A DNA stretch of 62,140 nucleotides, filler included, from Guillardia theta CCMP2712 (taxonomy: Eukaryota > Protista > Cryptophyta), in assembly GCF_000315625.1 (NCBI RefSeq). It is 6 parts of 6 records of this genome, joined end to end, with 100 filler letters (N's around TTAATTAATTAA, not from the genome) between each part and the next. Parts side by side here need not be neighbours in the genome. Positions count along the whole stretch, not along the records: positions 49,123 to 57,103 come from NW_005434240.1; positions 57,204 to 59,693 come from NW_005434453.1; positions 59,794 to 62,140 come from NW_005434618.1; 3 more parts are not named here. One strand, given 5' to 3'. The first letter of the stretch is position 1; each line of letters begins with the position of its first letter. The translations under genes were made by a program, and so were the position numbers. The notes under the pieces were generated by a model that had not been told where the DNA came from, ran no database searches, and saw only the letters and a list, made by a program, of their open reading frames with translations. Shown in pieces: positions 50,398-62,140 of this stretch.

Positions 50398-50793
50398 GCA
50401 CATTGTTGACGTGCATGCCGGAGCGAAAGGAGGAAGAGCGCCAGGTAGTGTTGGTGGGGAGGAGGAGGCTGGAGGGAGACGTGGAGGTCTGGAGCTACAG
50501 CAAGAAAGCTCCTGTGGTTGTCCTGCAAGAGAGTGACAACTCTCTTCTCCTCTCCTCCATGATCTTTCCGCACGACTCTACCTTTGCTGCTGCCGGCACC
50601 TGGGACTCCACCATCCTCGTGTGGAGCTTGGCGAGCGGGAGGGTCGTGAGGAGGTGGAGGGCACATGATGCAGCTGTGCTGACGCTCGACTTCTCGCGTG
50701 AGAGAAGAATGCTCGTCAGTGGCAGGTTGGACCCTCCTCCTCATATCATTATCATCCTTCTCATTCTCCTCCTCCTCCTCCTCCTCCTCCTCC

Positions 50794-50836
<43 letters not shown>

Positions 50837-51645
50837 TCTCCTCCTCCTCCTCTTCCTTCTCTTGACTGCCTTGTGACAAGTCGACAGCGAGGACTCGATG
50901 ATTAGACTGTGGAACTTCGATACTTCTCTTGCCTCTTCCACCTCCAACCGCCTCCTCCTCCCGCTCGAGCGCGAGTACAAGGCAGACGTCTCAGCTGTCC
51001 GCCGCGTCAGCTTCTCTCCGGGCGGAGACTTCATAGCGAGGTACGGGAAGAGATGGAGAGGGAGGGGGACAGACAGCAGGGAGCAGGGAGCTGGTTCAGG
51101 AGGAGGAGGACCAGGAGGAAGAGGCAGAGGAGGAAGAGGTGTAGGTGGTGTAGGTGGTGGAGGAGAAGGAGTTGTTGGTGTTGGGCGAGTCTGATGAGAG
51201 TTGCTGCAGCGTCGGGGACGAGGGACGAGTCAAGGTGTGGAGGAGCAGGAGGGAGGATCTTCTCTGCTCCTCAGACCCTCTTGGCTCGCTGCTCCTGGAC
51301 GTTGCCTGGTCGCCGGACGGCAAGCTGCTCGTCGCCTCCTCCTTTACAGGCTCACTCTTCCTGTGGAACTTCGACGGGGAGAGAATGAGCGGCCAGCGCT
51401 TGCTAGGAGAGCACGAGACGTCTGTGAGCTGCGTCAAGTTCGATCCGATGAGAAAGGACGTCGTAGCGAGCGGAGGGTGGGACGGAGAGGTTGTCTTGTG
51501 GAATGTGGAGAAGGGAGAAGAGGAGGGACGATTCAGAGGGAGTTCGACAGGAGTCTCGAACATCTTCTTCGCTTCTTCGTCGCTTGTCTTGAGCGTGGAT
51601 GAGGAGTTTAATGTTTCAGAGCATACCAGAGCAGCGAGCAAGTGA
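50398..51645 (+). CDS. WD40-repeat protein (upstream exons probably from ~49.3 kb)
   Basis: AAGTWDSTILVW, AHDAAVLTLDFS, SGSEDSMIRLWN, VAWSPDGKLLVAS, EHETSVSCVKF and ASGGWDGEVVLWN. Confidence 0.88.
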
Positions 51646-51696
51646 GATAGTGGTGCATCCTCCTCCTCCTCCTCCTCCTCCTCCATCGTTGTCCCT

Positions 51697-53200
<1,504 letters not shown>

Positions 53201-54735
53201 GATGTCCGGGACTTGGGTCAAGAGGACCGACGATGCTCCAACAAGGGCTGCTGGGAGAGGGTCAGGAAGAGCTCGGAGCTCGCGGGCACTCATCCTCACT
53301 TGAGCTGACCAATACAAGGATTGAGACGAGACGACAGGACTTGAAAGATCTGCGGACTTCTCACATCATGAAATAACTCGCGAACTCTCAAGGGTGTTTG
53401 CTCCTTCCTCTCACTCAGCCCTCCACCTACAACTCTCAACTGATCCCTTTCGGCTATGATGGTCGTGATCTCTCGCTCGCTTGCTCGCTGCTCACTCCAT
53501 CCCTCATTGTCCTCCACTTTTCGTTCATCCACACGATCATTGCACCGAGATATCTCATTCCATCACTCCATTGAACAAACGTCAAGAAAACATCGAAGAA
53601 TCATGAGCCCCTGACATTGAACAACATCATGTGCTCTCGATATCTCATCTCATCTCTCTCATCTCTCCTTTACTCTCTCCTCTCTCCTCTCCTCCTCTCT
53701 CCTCTCCTCCTCTCTCCTCTCTCCTCTCTCCTCTCTCCTCTCTCCTCTCTCCTCTCTCCTCTCTCCTCTCTCCTCTCTCTTCTCTCNNNNNNNNNNNNNN
53801 NNNNNNNNNNNNNNNNNNNNNNNNNNNNNNNNNNNNNNNNNNNNNNNNNNNNNNNNNNNNNNNNNNNNNNNNNNNNNNNNNNNNNNNNNNNNNNNNNNNN
53901 NNNNNNNNNNNNNNNNNTCTCTTCTCTCATCTCTCATCTCTCATCTCTCATCTCTCATCTCTCATCTCTCATCTCTCATCTCTCATCTCTCTTCTCTCTC
54001 TCCCCCCCCCTCGCCCTCCCCCCCTCTCCTCCATCACCTCGTTATCTTGACTTCTCTCCGCTGCTTCCCGCCAAAAGAAAAACAATTATAAATGTTATTA
54101 CTTAACTAGGTCTGAGCGGGGATGTGGGTTGCATGGCCACACGAGCGCCGCGGTCGGAGTGACTGAGGCTCACTGCCGTAGTGAGGGCGGGGGCCCGGGG
54201 CCCGCCGGGCCGGCGAAACTGACTCGAACTTAACTGAACACACCAAGTAGCAGTTTCGGAGCCCCGGACGTTAAAATTGCCTCTCACCGGGAGTTGGACC
54301 TGCCAACCCGGTCACCGGACCGTTGAACTGTTCGGCCCGGTGCGCCACCGTGACGACGGTTCAATGGTTCGAGTCGCCGGGCCCACGGTTCGGGCCCAGG
54401 AAGTTCGGGCCATGCCAAGTTCGCCGGGGCCCGCTGCGGCGGGGCCCGCTGCGGGGCCCGGCGGTGCGAAGGGATATGAGGGGGATGAGTCAATGTTTGG
54501 GTATGAGGGAGATGAAGGGGATGAGGGGGGCGGAGGCCGCATGTCGAAACGAGGAGCGGGAGATAGCGAGGGAGGGGAGGGGAGGGGAGGAGGGGAGGAA
54601 GAGAGCGCTGAGACAGACTCTGAGCACGAGGAAGGCGACTGTGAAGGTTGGAGGAGAGGGGAAGGAGGAAGGCAAGGGAGCCATGCGGTTCTCAAAGGAT
54701 TGAAGAGAGGAGGGCTCGTTTTGGGTTCAAGGAAT

Positions 54736-55171
54736 GACTATGGGTGAAGTATGTTCACAAGAGAGGACTGGAGAGGATATTGAGATCATGCCATGGAGAT
54801 CCACCTAAAGTATCAAGCAAGGAAGCAAAGTTTCGTGGCGGGAGCAACTGTCCATGAACAGCAGCCGTATCATACGCTCATCGCCCCGTGCATCGTATCA
54901 ACGGGGTGAACCTTCTTTTCAGGTGACGTCGTCTCTTCGCATGAAGAAGGGGAGGATGGCCCATCGACTGCCTGAGATGAGTGTCCTCGCGTGCCTTCTT
55001 CTCTTCTGTGAGCCTTGCTGTCAGTATCTTCATCCTCCTTTCCTTACTTCTGCATTCAGCATTAGTGCTACTATCCTGTGCCGCGCCTGCATTCTCACAA
55101 TTCGATGACGACGCTAGCGCCTCCTACGACTACGATGGCACTCTCATCCTCAACAGGTCTTCTTCGTCCCT

Positions 55172-55215
<44 letters not shown>

Positions 55216-56156
55216 TTCTTTCCGCTTGTGCCCTTGGCCCCTGCCGTAGACACGCCTGACATGCTGGCAGCCGCAATTTCCGAGAGATGACAAGTCAGGG
55301 GGTGTGGGTCGTGATGTTCTACTCTTACAGGTGAGATGCAGAGCGCGTGGGCGAAGGAGGAGAAGGGAAGGGAGGAGGAAGAGGAGAAGGAGGAGAGGAG
55401 GGATGGGGGAGGAGGGCGAGGAGGGTTAGATCTGTTGCGTGGAAGGATGACTTGCCCGTCAGCGTCGTCATCAAGAGGACAGAGGAGGCGTACAACTGCA
55501 GGAGCTTCACGTGGTTGTGGGGAGATCTGGCGACTCGTTTCTCTGAGCTTGGAGGAGAGCCAAACTCTGGTGGGAAGAGGAAGAGGAAGGGGAGGGGAAA
55601 GGGAAAGGGAAAGGGAAAGGGGAGGGGGAGGGGGAGGGGGAGGGGGAGGGGGAAGGGGAAGGTGGGGAGGGGTAGATGGGGGCGAAGGAGGGCTGGAGTA
55701 CTGAGTGAGATCGTCAGGCCCAAGGCCGAGCATTCACATTGCCAAGTATGATACCTCCTCGGAGTCAGAGAGAAGGTTGGTGAAGCAAATCCATGTCCTG
55801 CCTGCCTCCCTGCCTGACTTCCTGCCTCCCTCCCTGCCTGCCTGCCTGACTGACTGACTGACTGACTGACTGACTGACTGACTGACTGACTGACTGACTG
55901 ACTGACTGACCAGGTTCGTGGCCTCCATCCTGCGATCGGAGAGGATCGAGGAGCTGCCTGCCGTCTTCATCTTCGAGGCGGACCAGGTGAGGTTCCAGCA
56001 GGCGGAGCGACGCTGATGGCTGAGCTCAGATGCGCAAACTTCCTCCAGTCAGCATGGAGAAGATTCTTGGCAACCTGCCGGATATTGACAGGTGAGGGAG
56101 GGGGATGAGACGAGGATGAGGGAGAGATGAAGAGGACGAGGACGAGGACGAGGAGC

Positions 56157-56197
<41 letters not shown>

Positions 56198-56362
56198 GGC
56201 AGCAGCAGCAGCAGCAGCAGCTGAAGCTGATGCTGATGATGAAGTGCTCTGTGTGGTGACTGCTGGTCTGAGTTGAGTCGCAGGCTTGAGGGCTACAGTA
56301 CCGAAATGACTTGTGACCCTCCGAGCGACTACTATGACGCACACGCACAGAATGAGGTGAAG

Positions 56363-56393
<31 letters not shown>

Positions 56394-56552
56394 CCTGTCG
56401 GCCTCTTCCTTGTTTTCGTTCCCATATTTCCGTCCTCCTTCGTGCCTTCGTCGTCTTCGTTTTCTTATTTCTCCTGTACCTCCTTTACTGTCCCTTCTCT
56501 TCCTGTCGACTCTCCTTGCTCCCCTCATCCCGAGTTTTACTCTCTTCTTTCT

Positions 56553-56583
<31 letters not shown>

Positions 56584-57064
56584 CCTCATTTGATCTTTTC
56601 CCCAGCAAAATTTATATACGCTAGTCGACTTCGTCTCGGAGTACCTGGCCGATACAAGGAGAGGTAGGAGGAGAGAGAAAGAGAGCAGAATAGATCAGCA
56701 GGCGAGGGTGGGGGGAGGAGAGGAGAGGAGAGGAGAGGAGAGGAGAGGAGAGGGGAGCACAACTGAATTGTTCACAGTTGGTCTGCATGTACCTCCGCAG
56801 CAGTACAAGGAGTACGACTCTGGGGTTGATGAGGACTTTGACTTCTTTGACCCAACAATTAAGGTGAAGTTGAGAATGAAGAAAACGACGACGAATTCTT
56901 CGATTGTTGTCTTGTGTGCTTGTCATGTGTGTGTTTGTTGTCTTCAACCTCTTGCGATGTTTGCTTGTTATGTTTGTGATTGTTGTCTTCAACCTGTTGC
57001 GCCTTGACTCTCCTTGCAGATTCTTGCGGCAGCTCGCGAGTCTGTCAAGACTGGCGACCGGTGA
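54736..57064 (+). CDS. Hypothetical spliced protein
   Basis: Coding blocks (SVAWKDDLPVSVVIKRTEEAYNCRSFTWLWGDLA; FVASILRSERIEELPAVFIFEADQ; QNLYTLVDFVSEYL) lie between microsatellite-filled GT-AG introns. Confidence 0.5.
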
Positions 57065-57204
57065 GTGAAAATGAGTGCAGGAGGAGGAGGAGGAGGGAGG
57101 AGGNNNNNNNNNNNNNNNNNNNNNNNNNNNNNNNNNNNNNNNNNNNNTTAATTAATTAANNNNNNNNNNNNNNNNNNNNNNNNNNNNNNNNNNNNNNNNN
57201 NNNA

Positions 57205-58692
57205 AGGAGGTCCGGTGGTCACCTGGCAGAACAAGAGCACGCGCGAGTGGTTGGCATGAAGTTTCTTCAGCAGCTGATCCAGCGCTTTCATCTTTCCCGC
57301 GTTGTCCACCAGGTGCTCCCCCTCGACATAGGGGGGTCCAGGTTCCTGCCCCTCGAAGAGGTAGGGGTGGTTGCAGGCTTTTCTCAGCTGCATGACGATG
57401 TTGAGCAGCTGGGAACGGTCGCCGCCCTTGCCGCTGATGGCTGAAAGGTCCTTCTTGAGGATGTGGCTGTACAGGTTGCGCTGCATGCTGGAGAGTGGAA
57501 TGTAGACGTTGATCTCTTGCTTCGGAAGCAAGCTTCTCTCCACATCCCTCTTGAGCCTTCTGAGCATGAACGGGCCCAGGATCCCCTGCAGGTTAACAGT
57601 GACGGCGGCAGCGTCAGTCGTACTGTCCAGCCTGAACAGGTTCTCGAAGTCCTGAGAGGAGTGGAACTCGTCTGGGAGGACGAAGTTCAGCAGGGCCCAT
57701 AGCTCGTGGACGTTGTTCTGCAGCGGAGTCCCGGTGATCAGCAGCCTCCCGCAAGTCTTCAGCTCCCTGGCCACCTGGGCCAGCTGAGAATCCTCGTTCT
57801 TGATCCTGTGCGCCTCGTCGATCGCCACGTACCTCCACCTGACCCTGCAGATCGCATGCTTGTGCCGCAGGAACACTTCGTAGCTCGTCAACAGGATGTC
57901 GAACCTCCCAGCTGCCATCTCCGACGAGATCAGCTCCTCCCTCTCCTGCGCCGTCCCCTGCAGGGCCAGCAGCCTGGCCGTTGGGATCCACTTCTGAACC
58001 TCCAGCTGCCAGTTCCCCATGGTCGACTTGGGGACTAGCAGGAGGAAAGGGCCGGACGTCCCACACTGCATCATCAGGCCCAGGAACGCCACAGTCTGCA
58101 CCGTCTTTCCCAGCCCCATCTCATCTGCCAGGATGCCTCCGATGCCGTTGCAGTACAGCGAGGCCAGCCAATTCAGCCCATCGAGCTGGTAGTCCCTGAG
58201 CTGACCTCCTCGCAGGATCTCGGGCTGAGAGTGGATAGGGAGAAGCTCGCTCATCCTCGCCGCGATCGACTCGATGTGCCTCGAGCCGTCGCTGAGCTTC
58301 GATGCCTGCTCCTTTAGCAGCGCCTCGTCCTCCTCCCTCTCCGTCAGCCTCCCCGGCCGTTGCCGGTCCTTGGATCTCGACTCCCTCCCCTTCTGCCGCA
58401 GGTACGTCCCGATCGACGTCTCAGTCTCGATGAAGAACTTCCTCCTTGCCGCCAAGTCCCGCTGCTCATGCAGGAACCCTATCTCTTGCTTGTGCGGATC
58501 CTGAGGGGATTTCCCTCCTCCCCGCAGCCGGATCGAGCCCTGGCAGATCGTTCTCCGCTCCCATCGCCTGCCCTGGCTGTTCCAGCATGCAGAGCAAGTT
58601 TCCTGCGCGGAGAGGCAAGGAGGAAGGTACTGCGCGATGAGCCTCGGCAGCACCACAAGAAACACGATCCCCAGCACCCGCCCTGCAGCCAT
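57205..58692 (-). CDS. ISWI-like SNF2-family chromatin-remodelling ATPase (N-terminal part; continues into gap)
   Basis: GGQLRDYQLDGLNWL, GILADEMGLGKT, IDEAHRIKNE, RLLITGTPLQNN..ELWALLNF, LLNIVMQLRKACNHPYLF and EPGPPY..GEHLV. Confidence 0.95.
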
Positions 58693-59793
58693 CCCCTCCA
58701 GCTAACAACGTCAGAGCCTCGTCTCTACGAGAGCCTCAGCACCTCCCCGTCATCAGCAGCTAACATCCACGTGTCTCACGGCACTTGCGATGTTCAGCGA
58801 CAGCAAGCTGCTCAGGAGAGGCTTCGTACTGGCTTTCATCGACTTGCTGTCCCCCCGTCCCAAGAACCCTGTCCTCAACTACTGGACAGAACCTAAGGCG
58901 CCAGCCCTCAATGGCCCGCCATGCTCGCAGAGCACGGACCGAAGTCAGAGATCTCGGCGACTTCCGACCTCTGGAGGATTTTTGATCATTCGAACAATCT
59001 GCAGGACAAATCATCCATCAAAACTTGGAATAACACAGTGGAACAGGCAGCAAATTTCAAACTGAACGCTCCTCTAGTTGTGGGCCTTTCACATCCTAGC
59101 ATCTCTTGAGACAGCTACGGCCCTTCTCAGCTCATCATATCTTATGCTTTCATACGGTACAAGATCTCTTCCTCTCCTCTCTCCTCAGCTCATCATATCT
59201 TGTGCCAACCCTTCTCCCCGCCATGTGACCAACGTATCCCGAAAAGTTCCATCCCTATCTCCTCGCTTCCATCCCTTCCTCATCCCGTCTCACTCTCTTC
59301 TTACTTAATCTGCATCCTCTGCCACACATCCATTCGCCTTCTTCTCACTCTCATAGATCGGCTCCCTACATCCATCTTCCCCCGCGTACCCTTCTTTCTC
59401 CTCGCTTCCTCTTTCCCCACTCTCCTCCTCATCCCCAACCTCCCCACTCATCTTACAAAACCCACTCATCTCCTTCATCATAGCTTCCCTCCCTTTCTTG
59501 CCCTCTCCTCCACCTCTCCTCTCCTCTCCTCTCCTCTCCTCTCCTCTCCTCTCCTCTCCTCTCCCCTCCCCTCCTCTCCTCCACCTCTCCTCTCCTCTCC
59601 TCTCCTCTCCTCCTCCTCTCCCCTCCTCTCCTCTCCTCTTCCCTCCTCGCCCCTTCCCTCCCCTCCTCCCTCCCTCTTTCGATGCATGCCGGANNNNNNN
59701 NNNNNNNNNNNNNNNNNNNNNNNNNNNNNNNNNNNNNTTAATTAATTAANNNNNNNNNNNNNNNNNNNNNNNNNNNNNNNNNNNNNNNNNNNN

Positions 59794-61695
59794 TGCCCTC
59801 CCTTCGCCAATCCTTCCCTCGTCCTCCTCCAACTTTGCTCCTCCCCTCTCCCTCTCCCTCTCCCTCTCCCTCTCCCTCTCCCCCTCCCTCTCCCTCTCCC
59901 TCTCCCTCTCCCTCTCCCTCTCCCTCTCCCTCTCCCTCTCCCTCTCCCTCTCCCTCTCCCTCTCCCTCTCCCTCTCCCTCTCCCTCTCCCTCTCCTCATC
60001 TTTTCGCATGTCGATTGAGTTGTGCTCTCTTCCCTGCTGGCTCTCATCAACTTTCGCTGGATCTTCTCTGCTCTTTCTCTCCGGCATCTTCAACCCATCG
60101 ACCTGAACCTCCCGGTCGAACTGTAAGAGGGCAGGCACTAGAGCCTCCTCCTCCTCCTCTTCCTCCTCCTCCTCGTTGCGTGGCCTTCTCTTTCCTCTTC
60201 GGCTCTGCTTCGTCTTCCTCCTTAATCCTGTCGGTGCTTGTCCCCAATGGACGTAACCTCGAGTCAGCGGGGACTGAGAGACAGAGGAGGAGGAGCCAGG
60301 CTTGGCAGACACTCGGGAAGCGATCGAAGACGAGAGGAGGGAGTTTTTCCCTAGGAACGTCCCAGCGATTCTCTTTGCCTTGAGCAGACTCTCCTTGGCT
60401 TCCTCTCGGCCCCACTGGAACATGGCGAGGTTGTGATGCCCCACCGCCGCCATGGCCTCCAGCGCCGTCACCCTCGCACTTCTCCCGGACGAGCCGCTTC
60501 CTCGCAGCGCCGCCTCGTTCCAGGCCTTGCGAGCCTCTGGCTCATGATCGGCGAGGAGGGAGAGAGCCGCGCGAGTGAAGGTAGAGGCGTCGAGAGGACG
60601 TTGATGGTGGAAGAGAATGAGCGACATGTTGAGCAGAGTCGCTGCCTCCATGACCTCCATGCCCTGCTTCTGCCGCACCACCTTCAGCGCTCTTTGAAGC
60701 ATCTTGAACCCCTGCTGCATCCTCCCCTGGCAACGGAGGAGGAGAGCGACGGAGTGAAAGGTAGCGCATCGCAACCCTCTCCTCACCGTCTCCGTCACCG
60801 TGCAATGCTGCAGCACCTTCTTCTTCGTCAGCTNNNNNNNNNNNNNNNNNNNNNNNNNNNNNNNNNNNNNNNNNNNNNNNNNNNNNNNNNNNNNNNNNNN
60901 NNNNNNNNNNNNNNNNNNNNNNNNNNNNNNNNNNNNNNNNNNNNNNNNNNNNNNNNNNNNNNNNNNNNNNNNNNNNNTCCTCACGTTCTCCTCCACTGGG
61001 TCGATCGCCGCCACGGATCTTCCCTCCTGCATGGCCTTCAATGCCGTTCTTTCGCACTCCCGGATCTTCGCCAGGCAGTGCTTCATCTGCGTCAGCTCCC
61101 TCCCTCTTCCTCGCGGTGGCGCCTGCGGAGACTCACAAGACGCCATGCTTGCTACCATGGTAGAGAGCGGCACCCAGATGGGCTTGAAGCGAGGCGGGAG
61201 CGAGGGGAGAGGCGAGGAGCATAGAAGCGTAGTCCCCTTGCTGGGATTCAGAGCACCAGCAATGGATGCAGCGAGTCCGAGCTGCTTGCGATTGAGCCAC
61301 CTCCTCTGACGGTCTGTGATCGTCTTCTCTCGCCTCATCACCTCCATCAGCTCTGGGTCGCTCTCTGCCAGGATTCTGTTGAGCTCCTCGTGGTTGGGCG
61401 GCGGGCGATGCGAGAGCAACGAGACGTGGGTGCCATCGTGTCGATGGAAAGGGGCGAGTGAGTCGGTGATTTCCTCTCCCTCCCCTCCTCTCTGGCTTGC
61501 AAGCACCTCTGGTGTTGTCTCAAGTGCCAACCCTGGGGCCGCAAATCGTCCTTGCCCGCTGCTCTCCAAGAGAAGCTTCTCTACGTCATCTGCAAAGTCT
61601 GCATCCTCCTGTGATGAATGTTTGTTCAAATCTGAACCTTGAATAGTCTCCTCATCCTCATCTTCCTCACTTTCACCCTCACCCTCCACCTCCTG

Positions 61696-61742
<47 letters not shown>

Positions 61743-61842
61743 TGCCCTCCTCCTGACCAATCTCCTCCTCCTCCTCCTCCTCCTGCTTCTCCTCCTGCTT
61801 CAGCTGGCAATGGTCTTCCATTTTTCGCATCTCCTCCCTCAT
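59794..61842 (-). CDS. Hypothetical protein with an acidic N-terminus and TPR-like helices (contains a gap)
   Basis: Long [32 protein letters not shown] and [10 protein letters not shown]...[10 protein letters not shown] resemble TPR repeats. Confidence 0.5.
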
Positions 61843-62140
61843 CCTCTTCGGCTTCTGCTCGCCTAGACCACCATGTTCTCAACGGCCGGTTTCATCCCCC
61901 TCCTTCCCGCCTGGGCGGGCCCACTGCTCTGTACTACGGTGGCCGGGCGGCGGCGGCCGGCCCGGCCACCGGCCGGGCCGATGGCCCGGGCCGGTATAAT
62001 ATGGCCCGCAGTGCGGACGGTGCCATCCGGGCCGGCGATGACCGTAGTACATTTACTATGTGGTCTGAGTAATAATAATGCTCCGCCGACAGGAGTGGGC
62101 TGGCAGTTTAGGGACCGGGAGTCTCAGAGTCTGGTTGCTC

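Overview
Intron-rich eukaryotic nuclear DNA with many ~45-60 nt GT-AG introns and dense microsatellites. The style suggests a cryptophyte alga such as Guillardia theta (inference, not verified). Contigs are joined by N-gaps containing an artificial TTAATTAATTAA linker. The flanks hold ordinary host genes: BCCT transporter, CCHC zinc-knuckle protein, ArfGAP, MRH/M6PR-domain protein, TTC39-like, GIGYF-like GYF protein, intronless DnaJB, RsmJ-like methyltransferase, WD40, prefoldin 3, ISWI-like SNF2 ATPase and a TPR-like protein. The contig at ~32.7-49.0 kb is very different. It is a patchwork of a 166-bp satellite and a 332-bp (2x166) tandem satellite rich in GTCACGTGAC palindromes, joined directly to a truncated Ty1/copia element, an orphan LTR end with a half-tRNA-iMet PBS, two TATA-led intronless acidic ORFs and an AT-rich GT61 gene. 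This island is the best candidate for a new system (putative centromere or satellite-based element trap). The second highlight is an ISWI remodeller with a signal-peptide-like leader and a ubiquitin-like RLRGG motif, a candidate for import into the periplastid compartment or nucleomorph. Boundaries of spliced genes are approximate.
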